Below are positions 19,139 through 29,322 of a stretch of 64,000 bases of DNA, piece after piece. Numbering within the stretch: position 1 is the first letter of the stretch; each line of letters begins with the position of its first letter. This DNA comes from Patescibacteria group bacterium (GTDB lineage Bacteria; Patescibacteriota; Patescibacteriia; Patescibacteriales; UBA12465). The notes under the pieces were generated by a model. The model searched no databases. It was not told the origin of the DNA and was given only the letters and a program-made list of their open reading frames with translations. A program made the translations under genes and the position numbers. The DNA is taken from NCBI GenBank assembly GCA_049317985.1, contig JBMOHF010000002.1, forward strand, positions 29,752-93,751, in the 5' to 3' direction.

Positions 19139-19618
19139 TTACGATCTTAACTCAGACACCTTTATGACAAACACTCTAACCGCGTTAGAAAAATTATTTT
19201 TAAAATCTTCTAACAACAAATCCCTAATTTCTAATGGATACACCAGCAAGTTCCTTAATTCACTTAATTTAACCCAAAGCGGTTGGTAATAATCATTTCC
19301 TTTAAGCATCTCCTGGTTTTCAATAGAGTTATCACTTAATTTAGGCTCACCTGAAATATAATCGCATAGGTAAAAATATTGTTCAGTAGTATCGTCATAA
19401 ATATGTTTATACAATAATTTAGCTATTGATATTTTTATTGACGTCTCTTCTTTCAATTCACGACTTACCGCCTGCTCTATTGTTTCTCCCTTTTCAACTC
19501 CTCCACCAGGAAAAACAAAGTATTCCTTTATATTCTTCCGATGAATCAATAAAACTTCATCTCCTTTCAGAAGAATTCCAACAGCTCTTATCCTTTTTGC
19601 GTCATTATTTCCCGTCAT
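19139..19618 (-). CDS. NUDIX hydrolase
   Basis: PGGGVEKGETIEQAVSRELKEET Nudix box. Confidence 0.92.
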   Translation of the reverse strand: MTGNNDAKRIRAVGILLKGDEVLLIHRKNIKEYFVFPGGGVEKGETIEQAVSRELKEETSIKISIAKLLYKHIYDDTTEQYFYLCDYISGEPKLSDNSIENQEMLKGNDYYQPLWVKLSELRNLLVYPLEIRDLLLEDFKNNFSNAVRVFVIKVSELRS

Positions 19619-19626
19619 ATTCCTAT

Positions 19627-20256
19627 CTACAAAACCACTTCTTCACTATTTCCGACAAACGTCATTTTCCCGTCTTCAATATAAAAACATTGGTCGTCTT
19701 TCAAAACTTTTAGAGGGAATTCTAAGGTCTTTGCTTTTTCGATTATTTCGTCCTTTTTATTGTCAGTAAAGTGACACTTTATTAGAAACGGAACGTAGTT
19801 TAGGGCCGTAAAATCCTCAACCCCAAATCGATTTCTACCCAACTTCCAAGCACCAGTTTCCACAGTGGGACACATGAGAGAAGATCCTGAGCTACAACCA
19901 ACATAGCAAAGACCGGCATCAAACAACTTTTTCAAAATCAAATCAAATTTCGTTTACCTCACCGCTTTTAGCAAATAGAAAACATTGCCACCAGAAACTT
20001 GGCACACATTTCTGTCCGCAAAAAAATCGAGAATTTCTTTTTCTGTTTTTCCCTTAATATCGAGCAACTTGAAGTTTATACCAGCAGAAGACATTGAAGA
20101 ATAATATTCTTCCATGTATTTAATATAGGCTTGGTCTTCAGATGCTTTGAAGGCGGTATCGATAATACCTATTTTTAGCTCACCACTAGAAATTCCAAGC
20201 AGGTCATACCCCTTGTCTAATAGATATTTCTCAGTGGAGGCTAAAATAATTTTCAT
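19627..20256 (-). pseudogene. Peptidase E (S51, class I glutamine amidotransferase-like) interrupted by one in-frame TAA
   Basis: ORFs 19954-20256 and 19627-19941 are in the same frame and read VSGGNVFYLLKAVR*TKFDLILKK..YVGCSSGS..H; the stop is at 19954-19956. Confidence 0.85.
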
Positions 20257-20260
20257 ATTT

Positions 20261-23002
20261 TTATTTTCCGTGGCACTTTTTATATTTCAAACCGCTGCCA
20301 CAAGGACACAAATCGTTTCTCCCAACCCTCACTCCGTCTTCATCTTTTGCTTTTTGAGTGATTAAATCTTTTGGGGAGTTAACATCGCTACCCATTTCTT
20401 TTTGTGCTCCCAAGAAAATTAAAGGTTTTTGTTCTTCTTTGGCAAGAGTAGAAATGGCAGCAGCCATTGTATTAGGATTCATGAAATCGGCAGTCTTATA
20501 GATCGAATAGACGACCTGTTTTTGAATTAGACTGATCAGTTCATGATACATTTGATAAGCTTCTTTTTTGTATTCAACCAACGGGTCGCGTTGACCGTAA
20601 CCACGAAGACCAATCCCGCGACGAAGATAATCAATTGTTTCAAGGTGTTCAACCCAAAGCTGGTCAATTGAACGAATCAAAATACTCTTTTCCATTTCCG
20701 CCACTTCAACGCCAGCAGAGGCAAAAACAATCTTTAGTTTTTCATAAACTTCATTCGACCAAACTAAAATTTCCGCAATCAGGGCGTCACGACTAATATC
20801 GGCATGACCAGTTTTTTCGCTGTATGATAAAATTGTTTTTTCTTGTTCTTCGGATAATGGAAAAATTGTACGGAAAGTTTCAACTACTTCTTTTAAATTC
20901 CAATCTCTCACTTCTCCTGCGCAATGGAAAGAAATTACTGCCTTGATTTCTGCGGCCACCATTTCTAAAACAATATTAGATAAGGTGCGGACTACTTCCC
21001 CCTCTGTCACTTCTTGCTGAGCAGAAATTTCTAAAATTTCTCGGCGACGACGATATATGGCTTCGCGATGCTTGTTAATTACGTCATCGTATTCAACTAA
21101 ATGTTTTCGTTGATCAAAATTGTTTCCTTCCACTTTCTTCTGAGCTCCTTCGATGGAATTGGAAATCATTTTATTCTCAATCGGCATATCGGCCGGAATC
21201 TTCAAAGTTTTCATCAAGTTCTTCATTCGGTCACCACCAAAAATTCTCATCAAATCATCTTCGGTGGAAATATAAAATTGAGAAGATCCTGGATCTCCTT
21301 GACGACCGGCGCGACCGCGCAATTGATTATCAATACGACGTGATTCATGGCGCTCAGTGCCAATAACATGAAGACCGCCAAGAGCTCTCACTTTTTCGCG
21401 TTCTTCTTTGGCTTCCTTAATTGCTTCTTCGTCATCCTGATCTGGGTTACCACCAAGTAAAATATCGACACCACGACCAGCCATATTTGTGGCGAGAGTG
21501 ATTGACCCCAAGCGACCAGCTTGAGAAATAATCTCCGCCTCTTTTTGATGGTTTTTGGCATTCAGCATTTGGGGACGCAAACCTTCGAGCTCCATCATTG
21601 CTGCCAAAACTTCGTTTTTCTCAATTGAAATAGTACCGACGAGAATCGGCTGACCCAATTTGTTTTTTTCTTTAATATCCCTGATTACAGCATGGTATTT
21701 GTCTTCTTCAGTGCGATAGATAAAATCATTCGCATCTTTTCTGATGTTTGGCTGATTTGTTGGGATGACAATGGTTTCTAAGTTGTATATTTTGTGGAAT
21801 TCTTCGGCTTCAGTCAAGGCAGTCCCAGTCATACCGGAAAGCTTGGTATACATTCTAAATAAGTTCTGGAAAGTGATCGTTGCCATGGTTTGGGATTCTT
21901 TCTGGACCTTTACTCCTTCTTTGGCTTCGATTGCTTGGTGCAAACCTTCGCTGTAGCGGCGACCAGGCATCATACGGCCAGTAAATTCATCAACGATGAT
22001 GATTTCCCCATCCTTCACAACATAATCCTTGTCACGTTTAAACAAAGCCCTCGCCTTCAAGGCTTGTTCGCCATGATGAACATCTTTAATGCCACCCATT
22101 ACATAGACATTATCGACTCCTAACCATTTTTCCAATTTTGAAACGCCAGATTCCGAGAAAGTCGCGGCTCGCAATTTTTCATCAACATTATAGTCCTCAT
22201 TTTCCACCAAACGATTGGCAAATTCGGCAAATTTAAAATATTTATCGGTTGATTCTTCGGCGGGTGAACTAATAATCAAAGGCGTGCGAGCTTCATCAAT
22301 AAGAATTGAATCAATTTCATCAACAATGGCATAGTGTAATCCGCGTTGAACAGCTTGGTCGATTGAATAAACCATGTTATCGCGCAAATAATCGAAACCA
22401 AATTCGTTATTAGTCCCATAGGTAATGTCGCAATTATAAGCTGCCTGACGACTTAAGGGCTTGAAGTGCTTCAATCTTTCGTCATATTGAGTGTCATCAG
22501 TATATTCTGGATCATAAGTATAAGCAGCCTCATGAACAATCACGCTAGTTGTTAAACCGAGAGAGTGAAAAACACTGGCCATCCAACCAGCACCAACCCG
22601 AGCTAAATAATCATTCACTGTGATTAAATGCACCCCCTTGCCGGCCAAAGCATTTAAATACAAAGGCAAAGTTGCCACCAAAGTCTTTCCCTCACCAGTT
22701 TTCATTTCCGCAATCTGACCGCGATGCAAAACGATTCCTCCAATTAATTGAACATCATAATGCCTTTGGCCAAGAATTCGAAAAGACGCCTCTCGAACGG
22801 TTGCGAAAGCTTCAGGTAAAAGGTCCTCTAAAGTTTCCCCCTTGGCTAATCTTTCTTTGAATTCAGCTGTTTTTGCCCGTAAATCTTCATCGGATAACAC
22901 CTTAATGCTGGCTTCCAAGTTATTAATCTTTAAAACTTCCAGACGAATACTTTTAATAATTTTTTCGTTCGGGTCCCCGAACAGGGTATTTAATAAATTC
23001 AT
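20261..23002 (-). CDS. secA: Preprotein translocase subunit SecA
   Basis: MKTGEGKT, DEIDSILIDEARTPLIIS, NMAGRGVDI, QLRGRAGRQGDPG and C-terminal CPCGSGLKYKKCHG. Confidence 0.99.
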   Translation of the reverse strand: MNLLNTLFGDPNEKIIKSIRLEVLKINNLEASIKVLSDEDLRAKTAEFKERLAKGETLEDLLPEAFATVREASFRILGQRHYDVQLIGGIVLHRGQIAEMKTGEGKTLVATLPLYLNALAGKGVHLITVNDYLARVGAGWMASVFHSLGLTTSVIVHEAAYTYDPEYTDDTQYDERLKHFKPLSRQAAYNCDITYGTNNEFGFDYLRDNMVYSIDQAVQRGLHYAIVDEIDSILIDEARTPLIISSPAEESTDKYFKFAEFANRLVENEDYNVDEKLRAATFSESGVSKLEKWLGVDNVYVMGGIKDVHHGEQALKARALFKRDKDYVVKDGEIIIVDEFTGRMMPGRRYSEGLHQAIEAKEGVKVQKESQTMATITFQNLFRMYTKLSGMTGTALTEAEEFHKIYNLETIVIPTNQPNIRKDANDFIYRTEEDKYHAVIRDIKEKNKLGQPILVGTISIEKNEVLAAMMELEGLRPQMLNAKNHQKEAEIISQAGRLGSITLATNMAGRGVDILLGGNPDQDDEEAIKEAKEEREKVRALGGLHVIGTERHESRRIDNQLRGRAGRQGDPGSSQFYISTEDDLMRIFGGDRMKNLMKTLKIPADMPIENKMISNSIEGAQKKVEGNNFDQRKHLVEYDDVINKHREAIYRRRREILEISAQQEVTEGEVVRTLSNIVLEMVAAEIKAVISFHCAGEVRDWNLKEVVETFRTIFPLSEEQEKTILSYSEKTGHADISRDALIAEILVWSNEVYEKLKIVFASAGVEVAEMEKSILIRSIDQLWVEHLETIDYLRRGIGLRGYGQRDPLVEYKKEAYQMYHELISLIQKQVVYSIYKTADFMNPNTMAAAISTLAKEEQKPLIFLGAQKEMGSDVNSPKDLITQKAKDEDGVRVGRNDLCPCGSGLKYKKCHGK

Positions 23003-23118
23003 AGTAATATCAGTATAATACTCTTTCTTAAATTAATAAAGTTGACTAATTTTAAATTATATACTATTTTAAAAATGGCTCATTTCAAATTTTATAAACA
23101 ATAAAAAAACAAGAATTA

Positions 23119-23598
23119 ATGAAAAAAACTAGAAAATTTTTATTAGACATTTTTCAAATTGGAATTTCTGTTTTACTTTTTTCTCTAACGATTCAATTTT
23201 TTACCCTTGAAAAAGAAATTTGTTTCGATGGAGATTTACTGGGGAGTTTTTGGCTAAATTCGTTTTTAGCAACAACCGGAATTATACTCCTTTACTTCAC
23301 AACCTTACTTCTAAAAAAATTTTTCTCAGAGACTGCGACACTGTTTACGTCATACTTATGGCTAATCATTCTTGCAATATCTTTTCTTTTTACAATCGTA
23401 TCTTCAATATTGATATTATTTGTTTTTAGTGAAATATTTCAGACCGTCGTCACTATTTTTTTCATTAAACTAAGCGCCACAGCAACAATTCTCGTGAACG
23501 CAAATTTCGTTATTAAAATAGTCAAGAAAAGAAAAAAAGAAGAAAAGAGAAAGATCCCGTTATCTTGCTTTCCTTTTACATCAAAAGACAAAGCATAA
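23119..23598 (+). CDS. Hypothetical multi-pass membrane protein (orphan)
   Basis: About 4 hydrophobic helices; promoter TTGACT at ~23042; terminator at 23617-23646. Confidence 0.6.
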   Translation: MKKTRKFLLDIFQIGISVLLFSLTIQFFTLEKEICFDGDLLGSFWLNSFLATTGIILLYFTTLLLKKFFSETATLFTSYLWLIILAISFLFTIVSSILILFVFSEIFQTVVTIFFIKLSATATILVNANFVIKIVKKRKKEEKRKIPLSCFPFTSKDKA

Positions 23599-23616
23599 AA
23601 AAATTAACTTATTACC

Positions 23617-23646
23617 AAAAGCCCAACTAATTGCTGGGCTTTTTTT
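23617..23646. terminator. Bidirectional terminator
   Basis: AAAAGCCCA...TGGGCTTTTTT between convergent genes. Confidence 0.75.
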
Positions 23647-23659
23647 ATTTTCTAAAAAT

Positions 23660-23992
23660 TTATTCTTCTTTCGCCTGACGGTGTTTATCGCGAGATTTTT
23701 CTTTATATTTTTTAATTACTAATTCTAAATGGTCTTTCACTTTATCTATTGCTTTATATAAATCAGTCTCGGTTTTTTCGACCCGCAGTAATTCGTGAGG
23801 GACCTGTAAATTTACTTCAGCGCGAAATACTTCACCTTTGTGTTGACCCGGCAAAGATTTTTCAACTTCAAAATCACAATTAATAATTTGAACATCCCCC
23901 AAATATTTTTCGGTCGAATCCATTTTGACCTGAACGTAATCCTTGATAGCCTCAGTAAGTTCCATGTGGGTTCCTTTCAATCTGATATTCAT
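23660..23992 (-). CDS. hpf: Ribosome hibernation promoting factor / RaiA (short form)
   Basis: MNIRLKGTHMELTEAIKDYV..K and DLYKAID motifs. Confidence 0.93.
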   Translation of the reverse strand: MNIRLKGTHMELTEAIKDYVQVKMDSTEKYLGDVQIINCDFEVEKSLPGQHKGEVFRAEVNLQVPHELLRVEKTETDLYKAIDKVKDHLELVIKKYKEKSRDKHRQAKEE

Positions 23993-24047
23993 ATATTTGA
24001 AACCGTCCTAGACAGAGGTTGCCCCCGAAATAAAACGGTGTGATTAA

Positions 24048-25166
24048 TTAACGAAAGATATCCTTATAGGTGACAAGAATCATTAAGAGAATTAATAGCC
24101 AGAAGCCAACCGTATGAACAATTGCTTCTGCCTCTTTTTTTACTGGCGACCCCTTAATCCTTTCAATAAGTAAAAACAAGAGACGCCCGCCATCTAATGC
24201 TGGTAAGGGTAAAATATTAATTACCGCTAAATTTAAGGATAAAAGAGCGACAAAATTAATTAGATATGCAAAACCGAACCGTGCGGCCTCACCAGTCATT
24301 TGGGCAATTTTCACTGGGCCGCCAACAGCATCTCCAGCACCATGTCCAGCAAATAGGCCAGCAATTAATTGATAAAAGGCAACGAATATCGCGACGAGCA
24401 TTAAGATCGCGGCTTTGAAGCCATACCACGGTGTCAAATACCAAGGATAACGAACAGTGCCAATCTCTGAAATTTCTACCCCCAGAACGGAACGATTCAA
24501 ATCTTGGCTAAATGATGGAGAAGCATTTGTTTGATATTCAACTCCAGCTCGACGATAAGTAACAGTGACCGGTTTTGTGGATGAGCTTTTTAAAATATTC
24601 TGAATATCTCCCGCATTAAAGATCGGCTGAGCAGAAATAGTTAAAATTGCATCACCAGCTTTCAAGCCGGCAATTTCTGCCGGTGATTCTTTAAAAACTG
24701 AAACCACTCTGGCTTGACGGTCACTGATATGCATATTGCCAGTGATCTCGGCTCCATCAAGTGAAGCTGGCAAACCAATCCCAAACCCAATACTAAACAG
24801 AACTCCAGCTAAAACGATGTTCATAAACACGCCAGCGAAAAGAATCAAGGCTCGTCGCCAAAGTTCTTGACCAGAGAAACTATCCGTATCAGTGCTATCA
24901 CCATTTTCTCCTTTAATCTTCACAAAACCACCCAGAGGCAAGGCGTTAATTGAATAAATTGTTCCTGGTGCTACCACCTCCTTGTTCCCTTTTATAATAT
25001 GCCACTTGCCCTCAGAATCTTTGTAGTAACCGATTAGGCGAGGTGGAAACCCAAAACCGAATTCTTCGGCCTTCACCCCAAGCCGACGAGCGGTCAAAAA
25101 ATGACCTAACTCATGAACAAAAACGAGCAGCGAAAGAACGAGAATAAAAATTATTGCTGTGATCAT
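24048..25166 (-). CDS. rseP: RIP metalloprotease RseP (M50, PDZ)
   Basis: HELGH, PLGGFVKI, PDZ domain and NILPLPALDGG. Confidence 0.96.
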   Translation of the reverse strand: MITAIIFILVLSLLVFVHELGHFLTARRLGVKAEEFGFGFPPRLIGYYKDSEGKWHIIKGNKEVVAPGTIYSINALPLGGFVKIKGENGDSTDTDSFSGQELWRRALILFAGVFMNIVLAGVLFSIGFGIGLPASLDGAEITGNMHISDRQARVVSVFKESPAEIAGLKAGDAILTISAQPIFNAGDIQNILKSSSTKPVTVTYRRAGVEYQTNASPSFSQDLNRSVLGVEISEIGTVRYPWYLTPWYGFKAAILMLVAIFVAFYQLIAGLFAGHGAGDAVGGPVKIAQMTGEAARFGFAYLINFVALLSLNLAVINILPLPALDGGRLLFLLIERIKGSPVKKEAEAIVHTVGFWLLILLMILVTYKDIFR

Positions 25167-25717
25167 ATAGTCATTATTTCCGCTTCCTTATGGTCGCGGA
25201 TTTCTTTTAATTCATCATTGTGCTTAGTGCTAAATTCATCCATTTCCTTGATAAAACGGAATTTTTCATCCTCCGAAATTTCTTTATCTTCTTCGGCTTT
25301 TTCAATTTCTGTTTTTAAGTCTTCCCGAACAGCACGAATTGAAATGCGGGATTTTTCCATTCGCTCATTAAGCTTTTTAACCAATTCCCGACGATTTTCT
25401 TCGGTTAACGCGGGAACAGTTAGGCGAATTTTATCTCCTTCATTAACGACTCCAAACCCCAAATCCGCTTCCACAATGGCTTTTTCAATTGCCTTAGAGA
25501 CGGTTTTGTCCCAAGGAGCAATAATCATACAACGAGCATCGGCCACCGAAATATTACCAACGGCATTGAGCGGATTTAAAACGCCATAAGCTTCAACTTG
25601 AACATTTTCCAGGGATGCTGGATTAGCCCGGCCGGTGCGCAAAGTTGCGATATCACGTCTAAAAAAATCTAAAACGCTTTCAAAATCTTCTCGCTTGTTT
25701 TCAACATAAGTATTCAT
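25163..25717 (-). CDS. frr: Ribosome recycling factor
   Basis: LRTGRANP, YG...PLN and P.LTEENRRELVK motifs. Confidence 0.97.
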   Translation of the reverse strand: MNTYVENKREDFESVLDFFRRDIATLRTGRANPASLENVQVEAYGVLNPLNAVGNISVADARCMIIAPWDKTVSKAIEKAIVEADLGFGVVNEGDKIRLTVPALTEENRRELVKKLNERMEKSRISIRAVREDLKTEIEKAEEDKEISEDEKFRFIKEMDEFSTKHNDELKEIRDHKEAEIMTI

Positions 25718-25736
25718 AGTTTTTATCCTTATTTTA

Positions 25737-26864
25737 TTATTGCTCTTTTACAACTCCTAAATAAATAATTGAGGGGTTTTGGTAATCGACTAACAGTTTA
25801 GAACCAGAACGACCAGTGGGCAATGGCTTGGTGGTCCAGGAAACACCACTATCAGTGGACCGGAAAAGGGTGTTGCTGGTGACATAGTAAATTTCGCTTG
25901 AATCTTTCTGGTTAACCGCTAAGGCGTTAATTGATGTTTGGTTATCGGTAGTTAAAATAGTTAATTTCTCCCAAGTAATTCCTCGGTCCCTTGATCTTGC
26001 CAAGGAAGAGTTTGTCGCGAGGAATAATACACCGTTATCAGTAATTGCGAGGGCGCGGAAATCAGAACCGAGACTCAGACTGCTTAACACTTTATTGTAT
26101 TCCTGCCATTCATTGACCGCAAAATTCTGTTCTATCTCTTCTGAGTTAGCGGGATTAGTTTTTGTGTTACTGATGAATGAATAGACATTAGCATCTCTTG
26201 AAGCAACGAAAATCCGGCGGCTATCTTGTGGACTGATTAATATTTTCATCACCGCTGAGCCGTTTTCAACCGTCTTAATCGCTCGCCAATTGCTTCCGCT
26301 ATCAATACTTTTCAAAATATCACCGCGAGAATTGCCAAGATAAATATTGTGATGGTTATTCCAATCAATCGCGATGGTGGTTAATTTTGCGTTAGGATTA
26401 TCGTCTTGATAAATCTGTTTAAAATCGCGACCACAATTATCAGTTTTTAAAATTTGGTTATCCGATAGAGTGTAGATAGTACATTTATTTTCCGGGTCAA
26501 CCCTTACTACTCTAAGATCCAAATCATCAAGAGAAGGAAGATGATTCCAACCATCCCTCGCATTATTAGTATACCATAGACCTTTACCAAGAATGGAGAG
26601 GTAAAGTGTTTTGTGGTCGTTCGGATCAATTGCAATATCTTGGACATCTTCGGAGCTCAAAGAACGAATTTGCCCATTGACCGTTGGAATGGAAGAGACC
26701 TGAAACCAAGCGTCACCTTTGGTTTCACTCATAAATACTCCACCATCAACCGTTCCATCCAACTTAATTCCTGATGAGGTGAAGGACAAAGAGCAAGCAG
26801 AAAGAATTGGCACCAGAGCCAATAAAAGAAAGAACGAATAAAATTTAGAGAATTTATTATTCAT
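25737..26864 (-). CDS. YCF48/BNR-repeat beta-propeller lipoprotein
   Basis: Lipobox LSAC and repeated S.D.G.(T/N)W Asp-boxes. Confidence 0.8.
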   Translation of the reverse strand: MNNKFSKFYSFFLLLALVPILSACSLSFTSSGIKLDGTVDGGVFMSETKGDAWFQVSSIPTVNGQIRSLSSEDVQDIAIDPNDHKTLYLSILGKGLWYTNNARDGWNHLPSLDDLDLRVVRVDPENKCTIYTLSDNQILKTDNCGRDFKQIYQDDNPNAKLTTIAIDWNNHHNIYLGNSRGDILKSIDSGSNWRAIKTVENGSAVMKILISPQDSRRIFVASRDANVYSFISNTKTNPANSEEIEQNFAVNEWQEYNKVLSSLSLGSDFRALAITDNGVLFLATNSSLARSRDRGITWEKLTILTTDNQTSINALAVNQKDSSEIYYVTSNTLFRSTDSGVSWTTKPLPTGRSGSKLLVDYQNPSIIYLGVVKEQ

Positions 26865-26869
26865 AATTA

Positions 26870-27910
26870 TTATAAATTTATTACCAAACTATCCAAAATA
26901 TTTTTCGGAGAAACATTAGCATCAAGATAATCTTGATGTTTTTTTAATAATTGGCTTTTCGCCAATAAATAGGCATTAATATTCTCAAAATTATCACCCA
27001 GAGAAGCGCCAAGGACTCGCCAAGCTTCTCGGACTTCATTATCTAGGGCAGAAAACTGCAGTAAATCATCATGCGAGGCATTTAACAGTAATAGATCCCG
27101 AAAAACACCTTGCCAAATTTCCAGAATTAAACGCATTTCCCTGCCTGATTCCGAAAATGTTGCTCTTGCACCAATCATTCCCTTCATTAAAGACCAACGG
27201 TCAGAAAGAGGAAGATTAATTAATTTTAGCAAAATACTAGCTAATGACAAATATTTTTGATATATATCTTCATTTTCTAAAAAATGCACCGCTCGCAAGG
27301 GACGGCCAAGCGAAAGGGCGGAAAGATTTTTGGCTTGCGAACGAGAGACACCAAAATTATCTAATAAATAATCGTAAACTTGATTACTGGGTACTTGATA
27401 AAAATTTAACACTTGAGCGCGAGAAATGATAGTTGCCGGCAAGGACTCAAGATTAGTCGTCAAAAGAATAATCAAAACCTTGGCGCGCGGTTCTTCAAGA
27501 GTTTTTAAAAGAGCGTTCGCTGACCCCTCACTGAGCAGTTCCGCCCCTTTTACTAAACCAATCTTATACGAATCAAGAAAAGAACTCATACTGAGAGAAT
27601 GAATAAACTCTCTTGTTGACTCAATGGATATATTTCTTTTTCCTTCTTCACATTTCAAGACATGGAAATCGCTCTCTAAACTAGAGAAGTCCTGATCATT
27701 GCCATTTTTCTTAAGTTCTGGGCGATCGCGGAATAAAAGATTCCGAGCCAAAGCTCTGGCCACCGTTCCCTTCCCAAGGTCGTCCGGGCCACAAAAAATA
27801 TAGACTCTCGCTAATTGATCGTTTTTCAAACTTTCATCCAAAAATGATAAAACCGCTTCGTTCCCGAGCTTTGGCCAGGTAAATTCAAGATTGTCCAGGG
27901 GGCTTTTCAT
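26870..27910 (-). CDS. holB: DNA polymerase III delta' subunit
   Basis: GPDDLGK, ANALLKTLEEP and TIISR motifs. Confidence 0.9.
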   Translation of the reverse strand: MKSPLDNLEFTWPKLGNEAVLSFLDESLKNDQLARVYIFCGPDDLGKGTVARALARNLLFRDRPELKKNGNDQDFSSLESDFHVLKCEEGKRNISIESTREFIHSLSMSSFLDSYKIGLVKGAELLSEGSANALLKTLEEPRAKVLIILLTTNLESLPATIISRAQVLNFYQVPSNQVYDYLLDNFGVSRSQAKNLSALSLGRPLRAVHFLENEDIYQKYLSLASILLKLINLPLSDRWSLMKGMIGARATFSESGREMRLILEIWQGVFRDLLLLNASHDDLLQFSALDNEVREAWRVLGASLGDNFENINAYLLAKSQLLKKHQDYLDANVSPKNILDSLVINL

Positions 27911-27968
27911 AAGTATACTATACCAAATCAGTTGATTTTTGGCTAATAAATTGCTACCTTATTATTAT

Positions 27969-29297
27969 ATGAAAAAAGCTAGACAACTATTTCTTCTCTT
28001 TGGAGACTTCCTGATTTTAAACCTCGCCTTGGCGATTACCATCTTTATTCGTTATCGAATAATCGGTCAAGATTCAAGTGGTCTAAAAAGAATCTTGGAA
28101 ATACACCAAGGACCTTTTGCAATAGTTTTTTTGATCTGGCTTTTATGTTTTTACGTTGGCGGTCTTTATAAACCATCAACCCTGGCTAATACTCGAAGCT
28201 TCAATCGCAACGCTCTTTCGGTGATTGCCGTTGCTTCAATTTTTTCAGTAATCTTCTTTTATTTACGTGCCAGTGAAATCACCCCAAAAACTACACTTTT
28301 TATCTTTATTATTGTTTTCACCATAATTTTTCTTCCTTGGCGCCGTTTCTATAATATTTTATTAAAATCCTACTTACCAAGAAACAAAGTCATTTTTATT
28401 GGCGAAAGTCTGCCAGCGACTAAATTAAGAGAACAATTAGACCAAACTCCTCAATTTGGTTGGAAGAACGAGGGGTTTGTTGCTAGCGATGATATCTCAA
28501 AACTTAGCCAAATAGTCCTGGACAAAGGAATAAAAACTATTATTCTTAATGATCGTATTGTTAGTGAAGAAGCGCAACAGGCTTTGTTTGATTGTTTGAA
28601 GCTTAAAGTTAATTTTTATAGTTTTCCACATTTTTACGAATTAGTTACCGGCAAGATTCCTGTCGAAGAAATTGATCGCTCCTGGTTCTTGGAAAATCTT
28701 AATGAAGGAAAGAGAAAATACTACAACATTTTCAAAAAAACTTACGACCTTATTAGCGCGACGCTTGCCTTGGCAATCTCACTACCCTTTTGGCCAATTA
28801 TTGCGCTCTTAATTAGAATTGACAGCCGAGGGCCAATTTTCTTTACTCAAAGGCGTTTAGGGGAGAACGAGGAGGTCTTCAAAATGTTGAAGTTCCGCAC
28901 CATGAAAGTCGCCGGCAATACTGGTCTAATGACGGCAGAAAATGATCCACGGATCACAAAGATTGGTAATTTTTTACGCAAGACGCGCGTAGATGAAATT
29001 CCTCAGCTCTTAAACATTTTGAAAGGTGACATGAGTTTTATTGGACCTCGCCCTGAAAGACCGGAATTGGTGGTTAAACTAGCCGAGAGGGTTCCCTTCT
29101 ACAAGACTAGGTTACTGGTGAAGCCAGGTATCACAGGCTGGGATCAGGTTTCCGGAATTTATCATTCACCATCGTTTGAAGATACTTTGGAAAAATTACA
29201 ATACGATTTATTTTATTTAAAGCACCGCTCTCCTTATCTCGATCTCACAATTGTTCTCAAGACAATTGCGACGGTTTTAAGTAAAGGGGGGAGGTAG
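27969..29297 (+). CDS. Polyprenyl-phosphate glycosylphosphotransferase (WcaJ/WbaP-like priming transferase)
   Basis: KFRTM, DPRITKIGNFLRKTRVDEIPQ, GDMSFIGPRPE and KPGITGWDQ motifs; N-terminal TMs. Confidence 0.95.
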   Translation: MKKARQLFLLFGDFLILNLALAITIFIRYRIIGQDSSGLKRILEIHQGPFAIVFLIWLLCFYVGGLYKPSTLANTRSFNRNALSVIAVASIFSVIFFYLRASEITPKTTLFIFIIVFTIIFLPWRRFYNILLKSYLPRNKVIFIGESLPATKLREQLDQTPQFGWKNEGFVASDDISKLSQIVLDKGIKTIILNDRIVSEEAQQALFDCLKLKVNFYSFPHFYELVTGKIPVEEIDRSWFLENLNEGKRKYYNIFKKTYDLISATLALAISLPFWPIIALLIRIDSRGPIFFTQRRLGENEEVFKMLKFRTMKVAGNTGLMTAENDPRITKIGNFLRKTRVDEIPQLLNILKGDMSFIGPRPERPELVVKLAERVPFYKTRLLVKPGITGWDQVSGIYHSPSFEDTLEKLQYDLFYLKHRSPYLDLTIVLKTIATVLSKGGR

Positions 29298-29322
29298 AAA
29301 GGTTTTTTTGTAAGATAAAAAT

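Noticed and set aside
19954-19956. Stop-codon reassignment or alternative genetic code
   Set aside because: TAA, TAG and TGA all terminate conserved genes at the expected lengths; this is a single isolated case.
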